DNA from: Octopus bimaculoides
Taxonomy: Eukaryota
NCBI RefSeq assembly: GCF_001194135.2
Contig: NC_069000.1
Span: 11,104,541 to 11,168,540, forward strand
DNA length: 64,000 bases
Reading direction: 5' to 3'
The notes below the pieces were generated by a model, which ran no database searches, was not told the origin of the DNA, and saw nothing but the letters and a program-made list of their open reading frames with translations. A program made the translations under genes and the position numbers. Position 1 is the first letter of the stretch; every line of letters begins with the position of its first letter. This document shows positions 1 to 12,375 of the stretch, one piece after another.

Positions 1-1304
1 AGGCTTCCTTCAGTTTCCGTCTGCCCAATCCACTCACAAGGCTTTGGTCGGCCATAGGTAATATTAGAAGACACTCGCTCAAGAAACCATGCAGCGGGAC
101 TGAACCCAGAACCATGTGGCTGGGAAGCAAGCTTCTTACCACATACCGACACCTGCACCTGTTATTTTAACAATCATGATGACTTTCTACACAGAGAGAG
201 AGAGAAGTGATGACAATTATGATAGCATTCTGTAGAGAATTAAAAATGGAAAACAAAAAAAACGAAGTCACCTGTAGATTAAATCATTAAATCGTGTTGG
301 TTGTGGTTGTGGTGTTGATGTTAGTGACAGGTATTTAACTATTTAATGCACAGGTGACCTCTTAACTTTTTAATTCTTTACAGAATGTTCTTGTTATTGT
401 TAATAATGTCTTTTAGAATGTCATCACTATTGTTAAAGTAATAAAGATGCTGCTGGTGGTGTTGGTGGTGGTGGTGATTGCAGTAGTGATGATGATGATG
501 TTGTTGATGTTGTTAATCTACAGGTGATTCTAATCCTCTATAGAATGTCATTATTGTCAAAGTAATAAAGGTGATAATGATGCAGAGACAGGTAGTTATT
601 AGATATCGCTCTAACACTACAAGAAATTTTAAAGAAAAATTATTTCTCTTTAGAATATTCTTTATCACTGTTAAAGAGATGATCTACAGATTACCCCCCC
701 CCTCCACACACGTGTGTTTGTCTTCTGTCACTAATTGAAAACTGGTGTTGGTTTGATTATGTCCCTGTAACACTAGTGATTTGGCAAAAGAGACTGATCG
801 ATTATGTATCAGACTTGCAAAATTCACTCACAAGGCTTTGGTTGGCCTGAGGCTATAACAGAAGACACTTGCTCAAGGGGGCAACACAGTGGGACTGAAC
901 CCAGAGCCATGTGGTTGAGAAGTAAGCTTCTTACCACATAGTGTGTGTTTGTGTTTGTCCCCTGCCAACACTTGACAACCGGTGTTGGTGTGTTTACGTC
1001 TCTGTAACTTAGTGGTTCAGCAAAAGAGACTGACAGAACAAATACCATGTTTTAAAAAAATAATTACTAGGGTTGATACATTCGACTAAAGATTAAAGCT
1101 ATTGGCTAACGAACACCTTGGTAAACTGTGTAGAACAGATGGGATAGTTATGGTTGGAGAGCCTTTGCTTATATTTGTTCACTATCAGAGCTGCCTTGGG
1201 TTAAACAGCAGCTAGTAAGAATCATGATAGGGATGGTGGTAGCTGTTGTTGATGTTGCTGTTGCACAGATAATGTTTAATTCCCTATAGATTTTCGAGCG
1301 AGAT

Positions 1305-1570
1305 CGTTGCCAGTGCCCCTGGACTGGCTTGTGCGGGTGGCACATAAAAGACACCATTTCGAGCGTGGCCGTTTTCGTGCGGGTGACACGTAAAAGCACC
1401 CACTACACTCTCTGAGTGGTTGGCGTTAGGAAGGGCATCCAGCTGTAGAAACTCTGCCAAATCAGACTGGAGCCTGGTGTTGCCATCCGGTTTCACCAGT
1501 CCTCAGTCAAATCGTCCAACCCATGCTAGCATGGAAAGCGGACGTTAAACGATGATGATGATGATGATGA
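1305..1570 (-). mobile_element. Retroposon family D ((CAT)n-GTTTAACGTCCGCTTTCCATGCTAGCATGGGTTGGA...GGATGCCCTTCCTAACGCCAACC)
   Basis: Related copies at about 10820, 13380-13650, 17210-17590 (-) and 8130, 18490, 23515-23700, 25945-26545 (+). Confidence 0.8.
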
Positions 1571-1897
1571 TAGAGTTTCTAACATTGTCATCGTTAAAGT
1601 AAAACAACAACAACAACAAAAATGTTAGTGATTACAACAATCATTACGGTGATGATGACGATGATGATGCTGATGAGTTGATGTTATTGTTCGTTAAGGA
1701 GCTAATTGATGTTTTCAATCAAGCAACAATGACAAAGGAAGATAGAAGAGGCAACATGAAAGCTAATTACTTTGGAACAAATTGTCTGGGGACAAAACTG
1801 GGACATATAAACTCACATAAATACACACACACACACACAGATACATACATATATACATACATTATATTATTATTATTATTATTATTATTATGACACT

Positions 1898-2120
1898 AAG
1901 ACAGCGAGCTGGCAGAAACGTTAGCATGCCGAGCGAAATGCTTAGCGGTATTTCGTCTGTCTTTATGTTCTGAGTTCAAATTCTGCTGAGGTCGACTTTG
2001 CCTTTCATCCTTTCAGGGTTGATAAATCAAGTACTAGTTACATACTGGGGTTGATCTAATCGACTGCCCCCACCTCCCTCAAAATTTCAGGCCTTGTGCC
2101 TAGTGTAGAAAAGATTATTA
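1898..2120 (+). mobile_element. SINE family A (GAGCTGGCAGAA...GAGTTCAAATTC...GTCGACTTTGCCTTTCATCCTTTCGGGGTCGATAAA)
   Basis: A/B-box-like head and ATT tail. Further copies at about 4300, 12376, 12610, 17030, 19945, 27205, 31837, 33745-34610, 36565, 43612-44112, 55880 and 59995 (+), and at 18936-19560, 35600, 51900, 52735 and 60210 (-). Confidence 0.85.
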
Positions 2121-2124
2121 TTAC

Positions 2125-2503
2125 GGCACTCCATCGGTTATGACGACAAGGGTTCCAGTTGATCCGATCAACGGAACAGCCTGCTCGTGAAATTAACGTG
2201 CAAGTGGCTGAGCACTCCACAGACACGTCTACCCTTAACGTAGTTCTTGGGGGAGATCCAGCATGACACAGAGTGTGACGAGGCTGGCACTTTGAAACAC
2301 AGGTACAACAGAAACAGGAAGAAAGAGTGAGAGAAAGTTGTGGTGAAAGAGTACACCAGGGTTTGCCACCACCCTCTGCCAGAGCCTCGTGGAGCTTTAG
2401 GTGTTTTCGCTCAATAAACACTCACAACGCCCGGTCTGGGAATTGAAACCGTGATCCTATGAATGCGAGTCCACTGCCCTAACCACTGGGCTATTGCGCT
2501 TCC
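2125..2503 (-). mobile_element. tRNA-derived SINE family E
   Basis: Minus-strand head GGAAGCGCAATAGCCCAGTGGTTAGGGC...GGTTTCAATTCCC. A near-identical copy lies at 53931-54328 (-) and a partial one at 27605 (+). Confidence 0.8.
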
Positions 2504-3254
2504 AACATACATACATACATACATGATGACTGTCAACTTGTAGACAAGTATGACTTATCATAGACAAAGCAATACTTGTGTGCACAACACGTCATAGACC
2601 CTCTCCACCCTTTTGACCATGATTCAGAGGTAAGCCAGAATAAAATATCTGGTGCTGATATGGGTCATGGGCTCAGGAATGTGGGAGTGCTATGATCACA
2701 AGCAAAAGCTCTCAAATGTACACAACCGGATTTATATCAAAGTGACTACCCAGAGACCTGCTTTAACAAAAGCTGAAGAGATCCTCACTCTCAGTGGTCT
2801 TCTAGAATGCTAGGCACTAACCTAGAATTTCTGAGACCCCCCCCCCCACTCATGCTACTACTTGATAGTTGTTGAACCTATACTGGGTTCACCTGTCCTT
2901 TTGACTTGTTTTTGGTGATTTTCCTCATTCCTCATCAGGCTTAGCCTGGTGGGGGTGCCAGCTAGTTGCTAACAACCTAATCATGCAACAGGTTGCACTG
3001 GTTCCCATGCTGCCTGTAGTTCACATGAGGAACCTCACAAGTGACCTGACATACATACATACATACATACATACATATGCATGCAAGTGCACATATATAT
3101 GTACATATATACTTACAAACATGCATACTCGCTTACATATTCATACACATATATCATTCTAAATTTTTCATTTTCATTCCATTAATGTAATTGTCCAGCC
3201 TGCATTGCTTCTTTTTTTTCTGTGTAAGGCCGTCATGGCCAATGAAATGAAACC

Positions 3255-3400
3255 AAGTCGTTTGCTTACCAACCACATGGCTCTGGGTTCAGTCCCACTG
3301 CATGGCATCTTGGGCAAGTGTCTTCTGCTATAACCTCAGGCCGACTAGAGCCTTGTGAGTGGATTTGGTAGACGGAAACTGAAAGAAGCCCATCGTATGT

Positions 3401-3436
<36 letters not shown>

Positions 3437-3645
3437 ATGTTTGTGTGTCTGTGTTTGTCCCCTTGCCATCACGCGACAGCCGATGCTGGTGTGTTTACGT
3501 CCCCCGTAACTTAGCGGTTTGGCAAAAGAGACTGATAGAATAAGTACTAGGCTTACAAAGAATAAGTCCTTGGGTCAATTTGTTTGGTTAAAAGGCAGTG
3601 CTCCAGCATGGCTGCAGTCAAATGACTGAAACAAATAAAAGAGTA
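3255..3645 (+). mobile_element. Composite SINE family B/C (CORE-like ACCTTGGGCAAGTGTCTT; GGATTTGGTAGACGGAAACTGAAAGAAGCCC; microsatellite; GTAACTTAGCGGTT.GGCAAAAGAGAC)
   Basis: Complete bipartite copy here. Other copies or halves at about 1-155, 740-960, 4715-5030, 6355-6715, 7500, 10575, 22835, 26545, 27430, 28480, 29565-30050, 36715 and 49690. Confidence 0.8.
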
Positions 3646-3725
3646 TATGTATGTATGTGTGTGTCTCTATATATATATATATACATGTGCGTGTGTGTGT
3701 ATATATATATGTGTGTGTGTGTGTG

Positions 3726-3760
<35 letters not shown>

Positions 3761-3771
3761 ANNNNNNNNNN

Positions 3772-3842
<71 letters not shown>

Positions 3843-5603
3843 TATTTAATACACTGCTGCTGCACCTTACAAGCTACATGTATGCACACATGAATAAGGA
3901 GTTTATCAATGATAAAATTACATTGTCTTCCTCTGATTAGCTTCGACTGTAACTGTGGGAAGCTTTTTGTATGAGTTTATAGGGAAGTGAGTGTGAGTTT
4001 CGGGTGGAGGGACTTATGGTGCAATGAATGGGAAAGGAAAAGAAAAGGGGCTCTAGAGATGTAGAAGCAGGGATATGCAGATTGACAAGACAAATGATAA
4101 GAAAAGATGAAAGCGGAAGGAAGAGGGAAAGAAAGGAAAGAAGGAAGAAAGAAGAAGAAACCAGAAAGAAGAAACCAGAATAATTACTCGGTTCTTATTG
4201 CTGTATCATGCCACGACAATAACAGACAACCACAATTGTAACAATGAAAATAAAGGTTTCTTTTGACTGGAAACAATGTTAATGTTTCTAAGGGGATTAG
4301 GGCAGCGAGCTGGTAGAATCGTTTGCAAGCTGGGTGAAATACTTAGTGGTATTTCGTCCGCTGCTACGTTCTGAGTTCAAATTCTGCTGAGGTTGACTTT
4401 GCCCGTTCACCCATTCGGGGTCGATGAAATAAGTACCAGTTGAGCACTGGGGTTGATGTAATCGACTTGCCCCTTCTTCTGAACTTGTTGGCCTTGCGCT
4501 AGAATTTGAAACCATTATTACTTCGAGAATAAAGATGGTGAGCTGGCAGAATCGGTAGCATGCCAAGCAAAATCTGGGGACACGTTACGTAAAGAAATAC
4601 AACAAAGGTACACACACACATGGACCCCCCCCACACACAATTAGAGGATGTGTAAAATTCAAGAAGGGATGGTTTCACCCCTTATAACCTAAACTATGTT
4701 TATTTACTCTTTACTCTCTTTACTTGTTTCAGTCATTCGACTGTGGCCATGCTGGAGCACCGCCTTTTGGTCGAGCAAATCGACCCCCAGGACTTATTCT
4801 TTGTAAGCTTAGTACTTATTCTATCAGGGGTCTTTTGCCGAACCGCTATGTTACGGAGACGTAAACACACCAGCATCGGTTGTCAAGCGATGTTGGGGTG
4901 GGGGGGACAAACACAGACACACAACCATATACACACACACACACATATATACGACGGGGCTTCTCTCAGTTTCTGTCTACCAAATCCACTCTTGGTCCAA
5001 GACTATTTTAGAAGACACTTGTCCAAGTTCAGTGTCCATTTATAACGAGAGGCAAGGTTCTGGATATCGGTTGAATATCGCCCTTCTCCCATTAATTTCT
5101 TATTCTTCGTGTTGCTTAGGCTCCAACTGAACCTGGAACTATGGGGTTGAAAAGCAAACTTCTTACTACCCAGCCACACCTGAAGCTGCAGCTATGTCGA
5201 TATCATTTGTCACTTATTAGAAGAAGGCATTTAATCCTCACCATTCCCAGTGATGTGTTTAGACACCTTCTCTTACATGACAGATTCAAACAGCAATCTA
5301 TTCAGATGAGAATCATTGAGGTAGATTTTCTACACTTGGATACTGCTTCCAACAAGAGAAGACTATTTATTTGGTGGTAAAAACCATAAATGAATATAAC
5401 AATGAAACACTCTCCACCTGCTCTCTTCTTTCCCTGCTGTTCCTCGTTCCCCACTCCCCTTGTTAGAATTACTTAGAATATACCTATGACATTTAAATTG
5501 GTGAAAGTATGTTATGTAGGAGGCCCATGTCTTATTGATGTATTTTGTTTATATCCGGAACCTGTTCTGTGAATCCTGTATCACTGTATGTTTTGTATTT
5601 CAG

Positions 5604-5691
5604 GTCCATGGAATCATACGACGGGCCAGCACTTTTAATACCCACAGGATCGAACATTTGTATGCTGATCCGAAGACCCACCGTGAAGGAT
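5604..5691 (+). CDS. GMDS: GDP-mannose 4,6-dehydratase, internal coding exon (equivalent to human exon 3), 88 nt, phase 0 to 1
   Basis: tttcag|GTC acceptor and GGAT|gtgaga donor. Translates [29 protein letters not shown], matching GMD [20 protein letters not shown]. Confidence 0.97.
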
Positions 5692-5830
5692 GTGAGAAAC
5701 CCTTTAATCTCTATTAGCTTTTCAGTTATATGAGGGTTGTGTGTGATTGATAATGTTTACATGATCAGTGCTGCTTTTAATTCATAATCGACTTTAATCT
5801 TACACACACAGACACACACACACGCACATA

Positions 5831-6086
5831 TTGGGCTGGTGCATAATTATTGTGGCTTTTTTTTTGCAACAAATTTTATTCAACAAAAACAATAACAACA
5901 TGTAGCCAAAACATCTTTAAATGATTATTCTGGAGAATATTCACCATCTACTTCAATTACTGCTTCCCATTTGCTTGGCAGACGGTTAAAACCATCATTT
6001 AAAGATGTTTTTGTTAAATATTGTTATTGTTTTTGCTGAATATAATTTGTTGAAAAATAAGCCACAATAATCATGCACCAACCCAA
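5831..6086 (-). mobile_element. Mariner-derived MITE with TA target-site duplication
   Basis: Ends are TA|TTGGGCTGGTGCATAATTATTGTGGC and GCCACAATAATCATGCACCAACCCAA|TA (Hsmar1/MADE1-like TIR). The inverted repeat extends about 95 bp; the spacer encodes GFNRLPSKWEAVIEVDGEYSPE* on the minus strand. Confidence 0.9.
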
Positions 6087-6797
6087 TATGTATGTATATG
6101 TGCATGTGCGTGTGTGAAAGATAACTGTAAATTTATATAACTATATTTTCATTCAGAACATATTTTATGAACCAAAATAAATGTTAGACTCTACACGTTT
6201 TTGCCAACAAATCTATTTATTCTGCAAACACAAGGAATTCTTTGATGGTATCTTAAGCTACTGCTTGAACTCTAACCCTAACATTCTGTAGTAGAAAGTT
6301 ATGGAGGATGCTTGCAAACTGACTATTGTCCGTAGGTAGTTAGCATATATATATATATGTATCTTTTAGTATTTTTCTTACTTGTTTCATAAGACTGTAG
6401 TCAAACAAATCTTCCCTAGTGCTTTTTTCTTTTTTTTGTTTCTTTTGAAATCTGGTACTTATTCTTCTGGTCTCCTTTTATCGAACTGCTAAGTTACAGG
6501 ATTGTAAACAAACCAACACCGGTTATCAGGAGGTGGAGGGCAAACATGCACATATATTTATTATAATGGGCTTCTTTCAGTTTCTGTCTACCAAATCCAC
6601 TCACGAGATCTTGGTCGGCCCAATACTATATTAGAGGACACTTGCCCAAGGTGCCACGCAGTGGGACTGAACCCAGAACCATGCGGTTAGGAAGCAAGCA
6701 TCTTACCACATAGCTTTTGTTTCTCTCTCCCTATATATGTCCAGTTTGAAAATTTTTCAGTTAAATAAATCAACTCCAGTACTTATTGTCTTTTATA

Positions 6798-6829
<32 letters not shown>

Positions 6830-7357
6830 CAAAAATAAGAGGAATGACCAGCAAAAGTGGACTCCTATATGCTAGAAATAGATGCCGAATCATCTAACCA
6901 CGAAAAAATATGTTCTCAGTAAATATATATATATATGTGTATGTATGTATATATACATGAATTTATATCCATCTTTTCTAATGTGGGTGTGCTTGAAAAG
7001 TGTAATATCATTTCTAAATATGTAAATCATTTATACGATATTACATATCTGAAATAATCAATTCAATATTATCAATGATAATTTCCTTTCTTCCAATTTT
7101 TCTTTCTTATCCTCAATTGGCACTCAAAGCAACACGTTTACTATAGTCAAAGGGAAATAACTCTTGGAGAATTAAACCAACATAAGGGAAATAACTAATG
7201 ATTGTTTTTTTTTTTTGCAATCGGCTGATTCGCAACTGTGACCTGATGTTTATACAGAGAGAGTGGGGGGCGCTAACTTTTATTGAAGAGGCAACGTTCC
7301 TTAGTCACATTGTTCGGAACTCGCAATTTCTTGTCCATATTTTGATTCACACACACA

Positions 7358-7400
<43 letters not shown>

Positions 7401-7913
7401 AACATATCCAAGTTTATAATTGCGTACGTGTTCGTGTAACACAAACATACTTATTGTGTGTATGTCTCTCTGTCTCTCTCTTTGTGTCTGTCTCTCTCTT
7501 TGTGTCTGCCTCCCACCACTACCACCACCACCACTTGACAACCGATGTTGGTGTGCTTACGTGCCCGTAACTTAGCAGCTTGGCAAAAGAGATCAATAAA
7601 GCATCAGGAATATATNNNNNNNNNNNNNNNNNNNNNNATATATATATATATATATATATATAGTTTATTAATAAGGGTAGAAATTGATATTAATCAATTA
7701 AAACCAGTGGTCTAGCATATTAAAAAAAAATCCGAAGATTAAAATTATATTACATACAAAAATAAGAGGACTCCTATATGCTAGAAATAGATGCCGAATC
7801 ATCTAACCACGAAAATATGTTCTCAGTAAAAAATTAGCGACACAACAGACTTTAAAGGGGGGAAGACAAATGAAAAAATACTAAATAAAAAACAAAAAAA
7901 GAAAACGATTAAC

Positions 7914-7978
7914 CTACGTACCATGGTTTCACCTGTTAAAATTTACATAAGTAAATACCTGCAGGATCATCAGCGTAG
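7914..7978 (-). ncRNA. Minimal type-I hammerhead ribozyme fold (Penelope/retrozyme-like), antisense in a GMDS intron
   Basis: Minus strand reads CUACG-CUGAUGA-U-CCUG...CAGG-U-GAA-ACCAUGGU-A-CGUAG. It has a full catalytic core, 5-bp stem I, CCUG/CAGG stem II, palindromic stem III and a GUA cleavage triplet. Confidence 0.72.
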
Positions 7979-9611
7979 TCTGTCAATTTAAAAATATAAT
8001 TTATTTTTAAATCGACAGACTAATAACACAATCTGTATCACATCCTCACGTTGTTGTTTTTGTTGTTCTTTTGTCTTTTTCCTTTTTTTTGAACCTATAT
8101 ATATATATATATATGTATGTGTATGTATATCATCATTGTTTAACGTCCGCCTTCCATGCTAGCATGGGTTATATATATCTGTTTATATTTGTGTGTGAAT
8201 TTAGTTGAAATTGTGTATCTGTTTGGATATATTTTGTTTTAAAGTAAGCAATTTTGTTTTTTTCCTCTTTTGAAGCCTCCAAAAATGCAGGTAGGTATTG
8301 CTTTCAAAACGAAAACAATGGTATTACTGGCAAAGGTCATCATTTTCATAACAGACTCATTGACACTTGTTACTCAGCGGAAGTTGCCCAAAAGCTGATT
8401 CTCAGAAGAAGCTATGGACAATAAGTTTTTCTCAGAAGGCTCTTAATTGTCAACATTCCACTGAAGACACTCGACAGAAAGAATTCTAAAACAAATTGCT
8501 TGACAGAAGACACTCGGAAGATGAAACCTGAATATAGCTGCTGGATAGAAAATATTCCATGACTGATCCTCCCTTTCTGATAAGTTACACTTGACAGAGT
8601 TACTCTTAACAAAGTTGATCAGTAACTCATGCCTGACAACCTACATTCAATAAATGAGATGTGAATATTGATATGTGTCCCCTGCTCTGCCACCACAACT
8701 CCCTTCTTATTTGCTCCCTCTCTGCAGCTTCTTGGTATAGTGAAGATATACCCTGATACATTATCTCCACTGTCCTTTCTCCCTTCTTTCTTGGTGAGCG
8801 TACCCAGGTACCTCCTCTGCAATAAGATAAATTTTCCTGTCCCCCTTTAACCTCTCTACTTGTGGCGCAATGTCAATACTGCCCTCAACTCTGTGAAGAG
8901 GGGGTCTTGTCTTGTGTGTTATGAAAAAAAGCACCCACTACACTCTGTAATGTGACTGACGTTAAGGAGGGGCATCCAACCATAGAAACTCTTATTAAAG
9001 CAGACGATGGAAACCAACACAGCCCTCAGCCTAATCTGATTCTTTTGAATCCTCCAACCCATGACAGCATAGAACACAGACTTTAAACAGTGATGTTGAT
9101 GACGAAGCTTGACAATCGCTACCTGACATAAGACATTAGGAGTTAACACTTGTTAGATGACATTAAACTGATGTAATTTTGAGAGAACTCCTCTTTACAT
9201 TAACAACTTTGTGCTACGATGTTTAGTCTTCATCTCATAATTTCATTTCTCCATCAGCTGGTTAAATGTCTGGGATAAATTATTGTTAATTCATTATCAT
9301 CATCATCATCATCATTGTAATTAAATTATAAATTTTAAAGCTGAAACATTTTTCAGTATTTTTCATCCAGAAACTTGTATCATTTTGGCCTGATCTCCAA
9401 TTGTCAAATGTCTTATTCCTGGATTTGTACATGGTACCAGATTGGCTTCGAATTAAAATGTATTATTTCTTGAGGATACTAACATTTTCACACAAGCCTA
9501 CAGGCTTGTGAATAAATAAAAAGGTAAAGAAAATGTTATTACCATCTTCTGGCTTAGAAATAAAAGTTGCTGGTCTGAAAGCACATGAAAGTCAATGAGG
9601 TTATAAAAACC

Positions 9612-9835
9612 ACCAAAGAGAAGATTTATAGTTGGGCTGGCCACATCGAGTGGCTGAAAGACAACAGATGGACAATCGGGGTGACAAAATGGATGTCAAG
9701 AAAATGGACAACATCGAGAGGTCAACCGATGGCAGGATGGTGAGACGATCTCACCTGCTATTTGGAACCTCCATGGCCAGAGACAGATGGTGGTGGAGGG
9801 GATCCAGGGAGGTGTTCCTCCTTCAGCAGCAATGA
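9612..9835 (+). mobile_element. Decayed 3' end of an RTE-clade LINE ORF
   Basis: Translates KEKIYSWAGHIEWLKDNRWTIGVTKW..SRGQP..W*DDL, then after a frameshift ARDRWWW..EVFLLQ. This resembles the RTE C-terminal WAGHV..RW...W....RGRP..RW.D motif. Confidence 0.75.
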
Positions 9836-10914
9836 AGCCCTGGATATTAGGTATTGGATTGGTCAGATCCTATCAAGTACTATATGCACTTCCTGGAATA
9901 AGGCATCTGATGATGACTGGTGAGCAAGTTGATAGAAATATAAGCACTGATTGGGATACTGAAGCAGTATTCATCTCTGATGATGAAGTTAATTTTTTTT
10001 TGGTGGGAAAATGACAATTTGTTTGGTATCTGTTTCAGTCTACTGGGTTAATTACATATTAACTCATTATCAGGCGATATTGTGTTGGACTAACTGGCTG
10101 CTTCTGGACATATTACTTATTTTTAACTGTTTTGTTTTTTTTGTTTTGCGTTGGGGACGATGCTTGGTTATAGTGAATAGAATGTACAGACGTTCTCTTT
10201 CTGAAGTTCTGTTCACATGCACGTGTGTGTGTGTGTGTGTGAGAAAGAGAGAGAGAAGAGCATCTGCATATGTATTTATGTGATATATGTGTGTGTGTAT
10301 GTATGTGCATGCATGCGTGTGTGTGCACCTCGCAGCAACTTCATTCTAATTTTTTATTTTAAACATTTGTGTGTGCATATAATATATGTATATGTTTTTG
10401 CATATGTATACATTAACCAAGCTTAACATGCAGGTACCTCTCCCCCAGCTTCAGCATATGCTTCCACGACCACCACCACTGCCACGCACTGCCATCCTCA
10501 TATGCCTACCATGTCTCTGGACTTTTCTTTTGATCTTTGTAGTAATTGCAACAGGTTTTGTGTCAGTTTATTTTGATTACAATAGCCAAGCCTTGCGAAT
10601 GGATTTGGTAGATGGAAACTGAAAGAAGCCCATTGCATCGCATATCTGTGTGTGTGTGTGAGCATGCATACGCATGCATGTGTGTGTATTCCATGTTTAG
10701 ACACTATGCGATGGTTGTAAACAAGTGTCATTGTTATACAAGTGGGGTTGTTCATTTCTAGTGTTCTGTTGAAAATGTGTTGGGCCTTGGGAAAATATTA
10801 CGTTGCTTGGAAACAGATAAAGGCTGGTGACAGAAAGGGCATCCAGCATCTGCCTCATCAGATTCTGTCAAATCCATGCAACCATGGAAAAGTGGGCATT
10901 AAATGGTGACAATG

Positions 10915-10949
<35 letters not shown>

Positions 10950-11361
10950 ATTGTTTTGCATCCATGTTTCCATGCTTGAATGAGACAGATGGATTTTATG
11001 TGCATAATGCAGTCCTAGATACATTTTTCCATGGCTGCATGGACTGACTGGAATTTGCTGAGGCAGATTTTCTGCAGCCAGATACTTTTCCTGTCATCAA
11101 CCCTTACCGATTGCCAAACAAGCTGATATTTACCCTTGGCCAAACGTGTTTTATCATTGAAGACTAAAAGGAAACAACATAGCTTGTGTGACAGGGATGT
11201 TCTATAGCCATTGTGTAATGTTATGACAAGGGTACATGCACCCACGCACAGCATACACACACATGTGCGCACGCACACAACATACACAAACACACATGCA
11301 TGCACTTGCACACATGCACACACAAATGCATCCATGCATGCACACATGCACGCATACATAT

Positions 11362-11650
11362 ATAGTGGTTAGGGCATTGCACTCACGAACGGGGGATCAT
11401 AGTTTCAATTCCTAGACTGGGTGGTGCATTGTGTTCTTCAGCAAAAAACTTCATCTCATGTTGCTTAGCCATCACTTTGACACCTGAGATGTGGTACACA
11501 GTGCACCTGTTCAGGTAACATTGATTTGATGGAAGTTGGTGATCTAATGTATGGCACATGCATTTGATCACTATAAATAAATCATTTGTGCAGGTCGTTT
11601 GGCAAAAGCTGAATGCCCATATGTTGTCTTTGATGGGAGAGTCCATGATC
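11362..11650 (+). mobile_element. Diverged tRNA-derived SINE
   Basis: TAGTGGTTAGGGC A-box-like, AGTTTCAATTCC B-box-like and GTGTTCTTCAGCAAAAAACTT core. Confidence 0.55.
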
Positions 11651-12375
11651 ACATATATATCTATATTACATTATAATTCAGATTGAATCTTGCTTGCTTG
11701 CAATGTTACTCAGCCAAACTAGCACATGACTGGAAGATACTATGAATTAAGTTTCCCCTGAAATGTAAATATGAATGGAATGAAACAAATTTTGTGTAAA
11801 TTGGATAAGTGGTTGTTGAGATATTAGGAGTTTTCGGGGTATAGATACCCAAAATGGAGCATAATGGGAAAAGTCTCCGAGATTAACTTAATCCTGGAAG
11901 GGAAGTAGCTGTTATCTTTTGATTAGACACAGTGAATTGACAACGAAAAATACGTTTTTTTTTTTGTTTTTTTTTTTACAGTAAATGTTTCTATATTCGC
12001 TCTTGTTAAACACAATATTTTAATTATTTAGAAATATTTTTAAGTGAATGTGATTTCAAAAATGTAAGTTGTTTGTATAGTAAGTATTTATATTTTAGCT
12101 TTCTTTAAACAGACAATATTTTAATATTTTTTTAAAAATTATTTTCAAGTGAATACCATTACAAAAATTTTTTTGGCATATTTGAAAAATATTTTAAAGT
12201 GAAATAACTTTAAAAATATGGTAAATATTTCGTAAAAGACTTGTTTGTAACCTCGGTGTGAAATAATGTTTTTCCATAGGTTTTTTCAAGTGCATTCAAT
12301 GTATCTCACCTCCAAAGATTTTGGCTGCTATTTCTAGCAGTTGTCAACAGGGTGGTGTGAATCAATCATAAGAGT

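Noticed and set aside
1478-1512. CTGAGGA-ctggt-GAAAC in family D (minus strand; similar at 23566)
   Set aside because: Hammerhead-like core words, but stem II is only 5 nt, there is no GUH after stem III and no stem I pairing.
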